Positions 21,075 through 29,746 of a stretch of DNA of 64,000 nucleotides are shown in pieces (positions within the stretch are counted from its first letter, which is position 1; every line of letters begins with the position of its first letter). The stretch is taken from assembly GCA_965215565.1 (NCBI GenBank), contig CBDCDZ010000004.1:3136001-3200000 (forward strand). Direction: 5' to 3'. Below the pieces are notes generated by a model. The model was not told the DNA's origin. It ran no database searches and saw only the letters and a list, made by a program, of their open reading frames with translations. A program made the translations under genes and the position numbers. The DNA comes from Trueperaceae bacterium (GTDB lineage Bacteria > Deinococcota > Deinococci > Deinococcales > Trueperaceae).

Positions 21075-21822
21075 GGCGCTCTAGGGTCTCAGCCAGGGCG
21101 TCGCTGAACTTATAGCCGACGCCCCACACAGTTAGGATATATTCGGGCTGGGCCGGGTCCGCCTCGAGCTTTGTGCGCAGCCGGTTGATGTGTGAGTTGA
21201 CGGTGTGCTCGAACCCATCGAAGCCCGCGCCCCACACGCCGTCTAGGAGCGCCTTGCGGCTGTAGACGCGCCCCGGCGCGCGCATGAAGTAGTGAAGCAA
21301 TTCGAACTCACGGGCGGTCAACTCGAGCGCGCGCCCCGCTAAGGTGACGCGGCGGGCATCTGGCTCGAGCCGCAGCGCCCCAACCTCTAAAGGACGCCCC
21401 TGGACCGCCTCCTCAGCCGCCTCGAAGCGGCGCAGGAGCGCCTTGACCCGCGCCAAGACCTCTCTGGGGCTAAAGGGTTTCTCGACGTAGTCGTCCGCGC
21501 CACTCTCCAGCCCGAGCACCCGCTCCGGCTCGCCCGCTTTGGCGCTCAAGATAAGGATCGGCGTGTAGTGAGGCTGTGAGCGCACCACTTTGCAGAGGCT
21601 CAGCCCGTCCACGCCCGGTAGCATCAGGTCTAGGAGGACGAGATCGAAGCGCGCATCCGTGAGGCGCTCTAGCGCCTCGAGCCCGCTGTGCACTAAAAGA
21701 GGTGCGAAGCCCGCGTCGCGTAGGTGCAACTCTAGCAGCGCCGCAATGTCGCGGTCGTCCTCGACGACGAGCACACGCTTAGCGGGCGGCGTGTTCGCGA
21801 GGGGCGTAGCGGATATATCCAT
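21067..21822 (-). CDS. OmpR/PhoB family response regulator
   Basis: Motifs VVEDD, LDLMLP, GADDY.KPF, LTAREFELL, TVWGVGY; TACTAT 6 nt before ATG at 21822. Confidence 0.93.
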   Translation of the reverse strand: MDISATPLANTPPAKRVLVVEDDRDIAALLELHLRDAGFAPLLVHSGLEALERLTDARFDLVLLDLMLPGVDGLSLCKVVRSQPHYTPILILSAKAGEPERVLGLESGADDYVEKPFSPREVLARVKALLRRFEAAEEAVQGRPLEVGALRLEPDARRVTLAGRALELTAREFELLHYFMRAPGRVYSRKALLDGVWGAGFDGFEHTVNSHINRLRTKLEADPAQPEYILTVWGVGYKFSDALAETLERHA

Positions 21823-21844
21823 TTCTCTATAGTAACGCGAACCT

Positions 21845-21882
21845 ATCACGAAGCCATCACGAGCCTGTGATGACCTCGTGAC
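21845..21882. promoter_or_regulatory. Two oppositely oriented 11-bp-period direct-repeat pairs (OmpR-type sites)
   Basis: ATCACGA at 21845 and 21856; TGTGAT at 21866 and CGTGAC at 21877; between divergent genes. Confidence 0.55.
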
Positions 21883-21905
21883 GACTCTCTGTCACGCTTA
21901 ATACC

Positions 21906-22550
21906 ATGATACAAAGTGCTTTCACCCCGCCCGCCGTTCACCCACCGCTGCGCCCATCCGTTCAGCCACCCCAGCGCTTCGCCCCGGCAGGCACCACGCT
22001 CTACCGGACCGGGGACCCCGCTCGCGCCCTCTTCACCCTCCGTCAGGGCGTCGTCAAGCTCGCCGCCATGACGCCCTCGGGCAACGAGCACATCCTGATG
22101 CTGTGTGGTACCGGCGACGTGCTGGGCGGGGCGGCGCTCACGCAGCCTCACCGTCACGACGAGGACGCCGTCGCGCTCACAGACATTTTTTATAGCGTTG
22201 TGCCGTCCAAACAAGCGGAAGCGCGTTCAGACTTCGCGGCGCGTTTCGCGGCGCAGTGGCGGCGTTCACAGGCGAACCTAGCGCTCGCTTACGCGCCCGT
22301 CACTATCCGGCTCGCCGCTACGCTCGTCGAACTGAGCGAACGCTTCGGCGAACCTCATAGCGCCACCTTGGACCACCTGACCCTCCCGCTCCGCCACGAG
22401 GACTACGCTGCCGCCGTCCACGCCACCCGCGTCGCCGTCAGCATGGCGTTCGCCGCCCTGCGGGAAGCGGGTGCGGTGCAGGGGCAGCGCGGCGACTACC
22501 TCTTAGAGACCGCCACGCTGCGCAGCGTGGCCCAGAGCTGGGAGGTGTGA
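21906..22550 (+). CDS. Crp/Fnr family transcriptional regulator
   Basis: cNMP-like domain (LYRTGDP..LRQGVVKL) and HTH (LPLRHEDYA..ATRVAVS). Confidence 0.82.
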   Translation: MIQSAFTPPAVHPPLRPSVQPPQRFAPAGTTLYRTGDPARALFTLRQGVVKLAAMTPSGNEHILMLCGTGDVLGGAALTQPHRHDEDAVALTDIFYSVVPSKQAEARSDFAARFAAQWRRSQANLALAYAPVTIRLAATLVELSERFGEPHSATLDHLTLPLRHEDYAAAVHATRVAVSMAFAALREAGAVQGQRGDYLLETATLRSVAQSWEV

Positions 22551-22737
22551 GGCGTTAGGGCGGATGTTGTCTCAAGGTGGTAAGGACCTTCACGCTTGAC
22601 GCTCTGGACAAACGCCTAGGGGTGGTGAGATTAAAAACGAGATGTAAGGGCTCCGCAAGTCTCGAGCCCTACCTCACTGCGCCACTTTCTCAAGCCCACG
22701 CCATCTAATTGGTTTCACCTGCTAAACTGTCTTCATT

Positions 22738-23115
22738 ATGGCAGCGAATACGGCGAATACAAAAGACGACGCAAACGAAAAAGGCATCTTCCAGAAGATC
22801 ATCGACGGCGACATTCCTTCGGAGCGCGTCTACGAAGACGAGCACTTCTTAGCCTTTAGAGACATCGAACCCAAAGCGCCCGTGCACTTTCTCGTCGTGC
22901 CTAAAGAGCACAGCCCGCGTTTGGACGAGATGCTGGACGCGCAGGGCAAAGAGGGAGTCGGGGCGCTCTTCGAAGCGGCGGTCAGGGCGGCGCGGGCGAA
23001 TGACGTCGAAGATTATCGCCTCGTCGTCAACGTCGGTGCGGGCGCAGGGCAAGAGGTCTTTCACACGCACGTGCACGTCCTGGGCTACGAGGGAAAGGCT
23101 AGGGAAGTCGGATGA
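22738..23115 (+). CDS. HIT family nucleotide-binding protein
   Basis: Motifs IFQKII, AFRDI.PKAPVH, GQEVFHTHVH. Confidence 0.92.
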   Translation: MAANTANTKDDANEKGIFQKIIDGDIPSERVYEDEHFLAFRDIEPKAPVHFLVVPKEHSPRLDEMLDAQGKEGVGALFEAAVRAARANDVEDYRLVVNVGAGAGQEVFHTHVHVLGYEGKAREVG

Positions 23116-23552
23116 GGGGGATGAGCAAGCGCACGCAACTCGCCTACGTGTCGGCGCTCTTCACCTTGGCGGTTGGCATCTTGGGTCTCGTCAACCCCTT
23201 CTTTATGTCGGAGTTCGTAGGGCTGGTTATCGAGGGTCCACGCGGCTTGAGCACCATGAGAAGCGTTTTCGGCGTGTTCTTCATCGGAGTGGCGGCGGCG
23301 ATGGTCTGGGGACTCGCGTCGCGCCCACGGGGGCGTCCTTGGGTGCTCGCAGCGAGCTTCGTCTGGCTCACCATCGGCTTCGGACGCTTTTTGAGCATCT
23401 TGCCCATCGACTTCGCGGTGACGCCACTCAATCTCATCATCTTGGGCATCGAGTTCGCAGCGGGGCTCGCGGCGCTCTTCGCAGGTCTGGAGGGACGCAG
23501 AACTCAGCCTTTTGACGACGAAGAGGAGGAGTACGTCTCGAGGACGCAGTAA
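23112..23552 (+). CDS. Membrane protein (DUF4345-like)
   Basis: Four TM segments; motifs STMRSVFG and GRFLS; ATGA overlap with the HIT gene. Confidence 0.7.
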   Translation: MRGMSKRTQLAYVSALFTLAVGILGLVNPFFMSEFVGLVIEGPRGLSTMRSVFGVFFIGVAAAMVWGLASRPRGRPWVLAASFVWLTIGFGRFLSILPIDFAVTPLNLIILGIEFAAGLAALFAGLEGRRTQPFDDEEEEYVSRTQ

Positions 23553-23558
23553 AAATGA

Positions 23559-23619
23559 GGTAGTGGCTCTATCTGGAACGACAATGATGTCAACAAGGGG
23601 TTGAAGCCCCTTGTTCATC
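23559..23619 (+). repeat. REP-like repeat family C, copy 2
   Basis: GGTAGTGGCTCTATCTGGAACGACAATGATGTCAACAAGGGGTTGAAGCCCCTTGTT. Confidence 0.8.
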
Positions 23620-23689
23620 GCATTTATTTGTCACATAGAGACGGTAGAAGAAGCACGCGGCGGCATTCGACTCAGAACCATTACCCAGG

Positions 23690-23713
23690 GTAGAGGCGGT
23701 TTATGAACCGCCT
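23690..23713 (+). repeat. GTAG-type REP palindrome
   Basis: GTAG followed by AGGCGGTT-TATG-AACCGCCT. Confidence 0.55.
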
Positions 23714-23790
23714 GAGATGCCGTGTTTGGATAGGTACAGGGAATACCGTAGACCCATCCCCAAACGTTGGTGTAACCTCTTGAAGCTGTC

Positions 23791-25923
23791 CTAAGCTGTC
23801 GTCGCCATGCCCTCTAACGCCTCGAGCCTCCCCAGCGGTCTCAGCGCGTCACGTACCTCGCTCAGCAGCGTCAGGCGGTTGCGGCGCAGCGCGGCGTCGT
23901 CCACGTTGACGTAGACGTTGTCCAAGAACTCGTCTAAAGGTGTCTTGAGGGCGATGACCTCAGCGACTTGCGCGTCTAAGTCGGGCAGTTCCCGCTCGGG
24001 TCCGCCGCCTAAGTCCCAAGGTGTCAAGACCTCTTCCACCGTCGCCATGAGGTCACTCACCGCGTCTCTAGCGGGTATCAGGGCGTCGTAGAGAGGCTGC
24101 TCGTACTCGCTCTCGAAGCGCGAGGTGTTGATGTCGGTGGTCTCGTCCAGTTCCCTCGCCAAGTTCGCGGCGCGTTTGTAGAGCGTGAGGAGCGTCTCGA
24201 ACTCCTCCTCCCGGCTCAAGGTGCGGAGCAAGTGGCAGCGTCTCGCCGCTGTGATGACGGGCGGATTGTCGGCGGCGGCGGCGCGGATGAACTGCGTGCG
24301 GATGCCCTCTTCAGCCAGGAGCCCGGCGACGCGGTCCCAGAGGAAGTCGATGACTTCAGCTTGCACGTCCTCGCTCACCTTGCGTCCGGGCGCGTAGCCC
24401 TGCGTGGCTGCTTCGGTGAAGCTGTTGGGCGGCAGGGTCCAGCCCTGCGCGTTCAAGATGCGCGCGGCGGCGACCGCGTCGCGGCGCAGCCCGAAGGGGT
24501 CAGCGGAGCCCGAGGGACGCCGCTCGACGCTAAAAAACCCAGTGAGCGTGTCGAAGCGGTCGGCGGCGGCGAGAAGTGCGCCCACCTGCGTTTCGGGCAG
24601 CGGACCGCCCGCCGTGGTGGGGCGCGCGCCGTCCTCCAGAGCGGTGGCCACCTCTAAGCCGTAGCCGTCGGCGGTGGCGTAGGCGCGCGCCATCACCCCC
24701 TCTAGCTCGGGCAACTCCGCTACCATCTGCGTGGCGAGGTCCGCGCGGAAGATGGGGACAGCCTCGTCCAATACGGCGCGCTCGTGTTTGGACAGCTCGA
24801 GGCGCTCCGCTAAGACTTCCGCGCTCACGCCGACGCGCGTCACCTTGTCCGCCACCGTGCCGAGTTGCCGGTGGATGCCGATGCCCGAAAGCCCCCAAGC
24901 GTGCTGCGAGAGCGATTTCTCCCTGTCCGCGTTCCAGAAGAAGCGCGCGTCGCCCAAGCGTCCAGCCAACACCTGCTCGTACCCTCTTCGCACCACGCCC
25001 GCGTCCGGCACGCGGTTGTTCGACACGCCGACGAAAAGGGGCGCGAGCGCGCCGTTCTCCCTGCGCGTCGGGAAGAAGCTCTGGTGGTGAGTCATGGTGG
25101 TGGTCAAGACCTCTTCGGGCAGCTCTAGGTAGCCCTCGCTGAAGGTGCCCAAAATAGGCGTCGGATACTCGACCAAGTTGCTGACCTCTTCCAAGAGGTC
25201 CGCGTTGTAGAGGAGCGTGAGGTCCTCTCGCGCGGCCACCTCTCGCGCCGCGTCCAACGTCCGCTGCTGCCGCGCGCTCACGTCCGCGATGACGAAGGCG
25301 TTTTGGAGTTTCTCCAGATAGGCGCCGGCGTGCGCCAGTTCCACCTCGTCAGGCGCTAAAAAGCGGTGCCCGCGAGAGGTCCGCCCCGCCTTTAGTCCTG
25401 CCACCGAGAGGTCTAATACCGCGCTGTCCAGAAGCGCCACGAGCCACGCCACCGGGCGCAAAAAAGGCGTTTCCACGTCGCCCCAGTGCATCTTGCGCGG
25501 CGCAGGGAAGTCCTTGACGATAGTCTCTAAAAGAGGGGGCAAAAGCGCCGCCGCGTCCTCGCCGCCGAGCCGCCGCTCCGCGAAGATGTAGCGCCCCTTA
25601 TTCGTCTCTTTTGTAATCAGTTCGGACGGATCGACGCCGTTAGACTTGGCGAAGCCTTGCGCGGCGCGACTCGGGTTGCCCTCGTCGTCAAACGCGACAT
25701 CAGCGGCAGGACCGCGCCGCAGCTCGGTGCGCACCTCACTCTTATCCGCTACTTTCACGAGCGCAGCGATGCGGCGCGGCGTGGCGTAGGCGCGGACCTC
25801 ACCGTGCTCTAGCCCCGCTCGGGTGAGCCGCTCCTCCAGCAGCCGCTGCATACTCGCTCGCGCTCGCGGCACGTACCAACTCGGCAACTCTTCCGTGCCG
25901 ATCTCAAAAAGCAAGCTCGCCAC
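23791..25923 (-). CDS. glyS: Glycine-tRNA ligase beta subunit
   Basis: Motifs LFEIGTEELP, YATPRR, GHRF, ELPELEG, SGSADPFGLRR, RRNRL. Confidence 0.96.
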   Translation of the reverse strand: MASLLFEIGTEELPSWYVPRARASMQRLLEERLTRAGLEHGEVRAYATPRRIAALVKVADKSEVRTELRRGPAADVAFDDEGNPSRAAQGFAKSNGVDPSELITKETNKGRYIFAERRLGGEDAAALLPPLLETIVKDFPAPRKMHWGDVETPFLRPVAWLVALLDSAVLDLSVAGLKAGRTSRGHRFLAPDEVELAHAGAYLEKLQNAFVIADVSARQQRTLDAAREVAAREDLTLLYNADLLEEVSNLVEYPTPILGTFSEGYLELPEEVLTTTMTHHQSFFPTRRENGALAPLFVGVSNNRVPDAGVVRRGYEQVLAGRLGDARFFWNADREKSLSQHAWGLSGIGIHRQLGTVADKVTRVGVSAEVLAERLELSKHERAVLDEAVPIFRADLATQMVAELPELEGVMARAYATADGYGLEVATALEDGARPTTAGGPLPETQVGALLAAADRFDTLTGFFSVERRPSGSADPFGLRRDAVAAARILNAQGWTLPPNSFTEAATQGYAPGRKVSEDVQAEVIDFLWDRVAGLLAEEGIRTQFIRAAAADNPPVITAARRCHLLRTLSREEEFETLLTLYKRAANLARELDETTDINTSRFESEYEQPLYDALIPARDAVSDLMATVEEVLTPWDLGGGPERELPDLDAQVAEVIALKTPLDEFLDNVYVNVDDAALRRNRLTLLSEVRDALRPLGRLEALEGMATTA

Positions 25924-26789
25924 TAGGCTGCCTCCTCTCGAGGTTGCGGTTCGTTGAGCCTCACATATAGTTTCGCCGCGCCCTCCGCTAGACGCCGCAC
26001 GCGCTGCACGTAGTTCTGCCGCTCGATGTGCGACAGCACACCCCGCGCGTCCAAGAGGTTTAGAGCATGACTCGCTTTCATGGTGAACTCGTAAGCGGGG
26101 TAGAGCAGGTCCTCTTCTAAAAGCCGCCTCGCCTCCTCCTCGAACGCATCGAAGAGCGTGCGCTGGAGCTTTGCGTTGACAAAGTTGAAGTTGTAGTTGC
26201 TGTGCTGATATTCGAAGTCGCGGCGGATGTCACCCAAGGTCACGTCGGGCGCGTAGGTCAGTTCATAAGCGTGCGAGACGCCCTGCAGGTACATCGCGAT
26301 GCGCTCCAAGCCGTAGGTCAGCTCGACTGACACGGGCTTTAGGCTCACCCCGCCGACTTGCTGAAAGTAGGTGAACTGGCTTATTTCCATGCCGTCCATC
26401 TGCACCTCCCAGCCCAGGCCCCACGCGCCCAAAGAGGGCTGCTCCCAGTTGTCCTCGACGAAGCGGATGTCGTGGGCGTGCGGGTCAATGCCCAACGTAT
26501 ACAAGGAGCCCAGGTAGAGGTCCTGCACGTCCATCGGGGAGGGTTTTAAGAGGACCTGGTACTGAAAGTAGTACTGGAAGCGGTAGGGGTTCTCGCCGTA
26601 GCGTCCGTCGGTGGGGCGTCTGGACGGTGCCACGTACGCCGTGCGCCAGGGCTCGCTTCCTAGCGCTTTTAGAAATGTCGAAGGGTAGAAGGTGCCCGCG
26701 CCCACCTCGGTGTCGTAGGGCTGTGTAATGACGCAGCCCCGCGCTGACCAGTAAGACTCGAGATTCAGTATAATATCTTGGAAGTGCAT
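25923..26789 (-). CDS. glyQ: Glycine-tRNA ligase alpha subunit
   Basis: Motifs [35 protein letters not shown]. Confidence 0.97.
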   Translation of the reverse strand: MHFQDIILNLESYWSARGCVITQPYDTEVGAGTFYPSTFLKALGSEPWRTAYVAPSRRPTDGRYGENPYRFQYYFQYQVLLKPSPMDVQDLYLGSLYTLGIDPHAHDIRFVEDNWEQPSLGAWGLGWEVQMDGMEISQFTYFQQVGGVSLKPVSVELTYGLERIAMYLQGVSHAYELTYAPDVTLGDIRRDFEYQHSNYNFNFVNAKLQRTLFDAFEEEARRLLEEDLLYPAYEFTMKASHALNLLDARGVLSHIERQNYVQRVRRLAEGAAKLYVRLNEPQPREEAA

Positions 26790-27026
26790 GGTTGTTCCTC
26801 AATCCTAGCTCGTCCCCGAATCCTTGCGGGGAGCGCGCGCGGTATCCAAAGCTGTGACCCCTTACGTCTCACCAGGCACCTTCAGAATGAATCCGCGGAA
26901 TGCCCATATGAACCGTCCACGTGAAGCGCACATGTGAAAAAAATAATAGGAGCGTGATGAGTCGCTATAGGCATGAAAGTAACGAAAGACCTTTCAGGTC
27001 GCCCGCTGAGCGCGTAGTATAACACT

Positions 27027-27101
27027 ATGAGGACTTCTACACTCCCGCCGTATTCTTTCTGCCCACGGGTCCGCGCGAGCGCCCCCGTCCGGGCTGTGTA
27101 A
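27027..27101 (+). CDS. Putative leaderless uORF (24 aa) upstream of clpC
   Basis: TAGTAT 6 nt before ATG; translates MRTSTLPPYSFCPRVRASAPVRAV; stop overlaps the clpC SD. Confidence 0.4.
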   Translation: MRTSTLPPYSFCPRVRASAPVRAV

Positions 27102-27112
27102 AGGAGAGGGAC

Positions 27113-29317
27113 TTGAACCGATACGACGACCGCGCGAGGTTGGTATTCCACTTCGCTAGAGAAGAAGGCTCCAAACTAGGTCACGCCATGATCGGCCCTG
27201 AGCATCTGCTTTTGGGGCTCATGCGCGAGGGTGGCACGGCGAGCCGCGTGTTAGGCGAGTTCGGCGCAACTTTAGAGGGGCTGCGCCGCCAAGTCGAAGA
27301 GATGGTGGGGCGCGGCGACGGCTTGCCGCGCAACGAGACCGCCGCCATCACCCCGCGCGCGCGCCGCGTGATGGAACTCGCGGGCTCCGAAGCCCGCTCG
27401 CTAGGCTCGAACGTCATCGCCACCGAGCACATCCTCTTAGGCATCATCCGCGAGGGTGACGGCGTGGCGTACCGCATCTTGCAGCAGCTTACCCGCGACG
27501 TGGACACGGTGCGCTGGCGCATCTTAGCCGCCGCCGACCCCAAAGGGCAAGCTGAGAGCGTCAACACGCCCTTTCTGGACGAGTACGCCCGCGACCTCAC
27601 CAAAGAGGCGCGCGAGAGCAAGCTCGACCCCGTCATTGGGCGCACCGAAGAGATTCGCCGCGTCATACAAATTTTGAGCCGCCGCAACAAGAATAACCCC
27701 GTCTTAATCGGCGAGCCGGGCGTCGGCAAAACGGCCATCGTCGAGGGATTGGCGCAGTCCGTCATCGAAGGCCGCGTGCCGCCCAACTTACGCAACATGC
27801 GCGTCTTATCCATCGACCTCTCGAACGTCGTTGCCGGGACGAAGTACCGGGGCGAGTTCGAGGAGCGCTTGCGCCAGATCATCGAGGAGTTGCGCAGCGC
27901 GCGCGTCGTCGCCTTTATCGACGAGCTTCACACCTTGGTAGGTGCGGGGGGCGCAGAGGGCACGCTAGACGCTGCGAACATCCTCAAGCCGCCGCTCTCG
28001 AGGGGCGAAGTGCAGGTCATCGGCGCGACCACCACGGGCGAGTACCACCGCTACATCGAAAAGGACGCCGCCTTAGAGCGCCGCTTCCAGCCTGTGATTG
28101 TGCTCGAGCCTTCCCCCGAAGAAACTTTGGAAATCATGCACGGGCTCCGCGAACGCTACGAAGCGCACCACGGCGTCGTCATCCCCGAGCAGATTCTAGA
28201 GATATCGGTGCGTTACGGCGAGAGGAGCCTGCCGGGGCGCAACTTCCCCGACAAAGCCATCGACCTCATCGACGAGGCGGCGGCGCGTACCCGCCTGAAT
28301 AAGTCGTTGGGCTTCCCTATTCTCGAGGAAGAGGACGGCACGCCCATCGTCAGCCGCGACGACGTGGAAGCCGTTGTGAATTCCTGGGGCGGCATCTACG
28401 TGGACGAGCAGGACGACGAGAAGCTCGCCAACATCGAGAACGAACTTAAAAACCACGTCGTCGGGCAAGACCGCGCAATCGCGGCTCTAGGCGCAGCGTT
28501 GCGCCGCGCCCGCGTCGGCTTAGGCGGACGCACGCGCGTCTCGGCGTCGTTCTTGTTCGTCGGACCCTCGGGCGTCGGCAAGACCTTTTTAGCCAAGCAG
28601 CTCGCTCTGCAGCTCTTCGGCAGCGAGCGTGCGCTCGTCCGCTTGGACATGTCCGAGTACCAAGAGGCGCACTCCACCTCGAAACTCATCGGCGCACCGC
28701 CAGGATACGTGGGTCACGAGCAGGGCGGGCGCTTGACCGAAGCGGTGCGGCGTCAGCCGTTCTCGGTGGTGCTCTTAGACGAGATCGAGAAGGCGCACCC
28801 CGACATCTACAACACCTTCTTACAGGTCTTGGACGACGGACGCTTGACGGACGGCTTGGGGCGCACCGTGGACTTCCGCCGCGTTATCCTCATCATGACC
28901 TCAAACACAGGCTTCAACGTCGGTCAGTCCATTGGCTTCCAGGAGGTCTCGAGAGACGTCCAAGGACCCCTAAAGCGCATCTTCAGCCCCGAGTTCTTAG
29001 ACCGCTTAGACGAAGTCATCTCCTTTGAGACCTTTGACGAGCAGGGCGTCCTCCACATCACCAACCAGATGCTCGACGAGATTCGCGAGGACTTGGCGGG
29101 GCGCGACATCCAGGTCACGTTCGGCGCAGAAGTCGCCTCGTTCCTCGTCTCCAAGCTGCCCAAGGGCGAGAGCGCCCGCCCGCTACGCGCCGTGATGCGC
29201 GAGTACATCGAGGACCCGCTGTCCTTGGAGATTTTGTCGCACGGCACGCAAGAGGGCATCATCGTGACGGTCGAAGATGACGCAATCATCTTCGCGAAGC
29301 CCGTGCCGATGGTCTAA
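27113..29317 (+). CDS. clpC: ATP-dependent Clp protease ATP-binding subunit (ClpC/ClpA type)
   Basis: Two Clp-N repeats; Walker A GEPGVGKT and [11 protein letters not shown] loop; TTG start with SD AGGAG. Confidence 0.9.
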   Translation: MNRYDDRARLVFHFAREEGSKLGHAMIGPEHLLLGLMREGGTASRVLGEFGATLEGLRRQVEEMVGRGDGLPRNETAAITPRARRVMELAGSEARSLGSNVIATEHILLGIIREGDGVAYRILQQLTRDVDTVRWRILAAADPKGQAESVNTPFLDEYARDLTKEARESKLDPVIGRTEEIRRVIQILSRRNKNNPVLIGEPGVGKTAIVEGLAQSVIEGRVPPNLRNMRVLSIDLSNVVAGTKYRGEFEERLRQIIEELRSARVVAFIDELHTLVGAGGAEGTLDAANILKPPLSRGEVQVIGATTTGEYHRYIEKDAALERRFQPVIVLEPSPEETLEIMHGLRERYEAHHGVVIPEQILEISVRYGERSLPGRNFPDKAIDLIDEAAARTRLNKSLGFPILEEEDGTPIVSRDDVEAVVNSWGGIYVDEQDDEKLANIENELKNHVVGQDRAIAALGAALRRARVGLGGRTRVSASFLFVGPSGVGKTFLAKQLALQLFGSERALVRLDMSEYQEAHSTSKLIGAPPGYVGHEQGGRLTEAVRRQPFSVVLLDEIEKAHPDIYNTFLQVLDDGRLTDGLGRTVDFRRVILIMTSNTGFNVGQSIGFQEVSRDVQGPLKRIFSPEFLDRLDEVISFETFDEQGVLHITNQMLDEIREDLAGRDIQVTFGAEVASFLVSKLPKGESARPLRAVMREYIEDPLSLEILSHGTQEGIIVTVEDDAIIFAKPVPMV

Positions 29318-29340
29318 AACGCTCTTCAACCTCGAGTTCG

Positions 29341-29376
29341 AACACCTGCACTGCCAAGCAGTGCAGGTGTTTTCTT
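29341..29376 (+). terminator. Intrinsic terminator of clpC
   Basis: AACACCTGCACTGC-CAA-GCAGTGCAGGTGTT followed by T-rich tail. Confidence 0.85.
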
Positions 29377-29699
29377 GATGGCTCTGTATTTTGGGGGCTG
29401 ACGAAAACAGCGTTAAGAAAAGCCGTATGATATTGGTAGACCACGCTGAAAAAGTCAGAGAAAGAGGCAAATGTAGGGGCACATAGTTCATTACCGTATG
29501 AATCACCCCCGCCTGTTTCGTTCACGTCGCATACTCCCTCGCCTAAGAAGGATAAGTGTGTGTTGAAGAGGCTGAGTAGTATGACATGAACGTTTCCCCG
29601 GGGCTTTTCTCAGTGATAGAGAAGGTAAAGGAATCCGTATACTCCGGAGACAGTATCGGCTATGCGAGCCCCAAACGAGCGGCGTGAAACTATAGAAAG

Positions 29700-29728
29700 A
29701 GGCGGAGGTCTCTATGACCTCCGCCTAC
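29700..29728 (-). terminator. Hairpin after the glycoside-hydrolase gene (GTAG-REP-like)
   Basis: Minus strand reads GTAGGCGGAGGTC-ATAGA-GACCTCCGCCT followed by CTTTCT. Confidence 0.6.
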
Positions 29729-29746
29729 TTGCTGTTGTGGCTGGCT

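Noticed and set aside
26790..26900. T-box leader upstream of glyQ
   Set aside because: TGGATACCGCG deviates from the UGGNACC bulge, and no stem I or specifier loop is recognisable.
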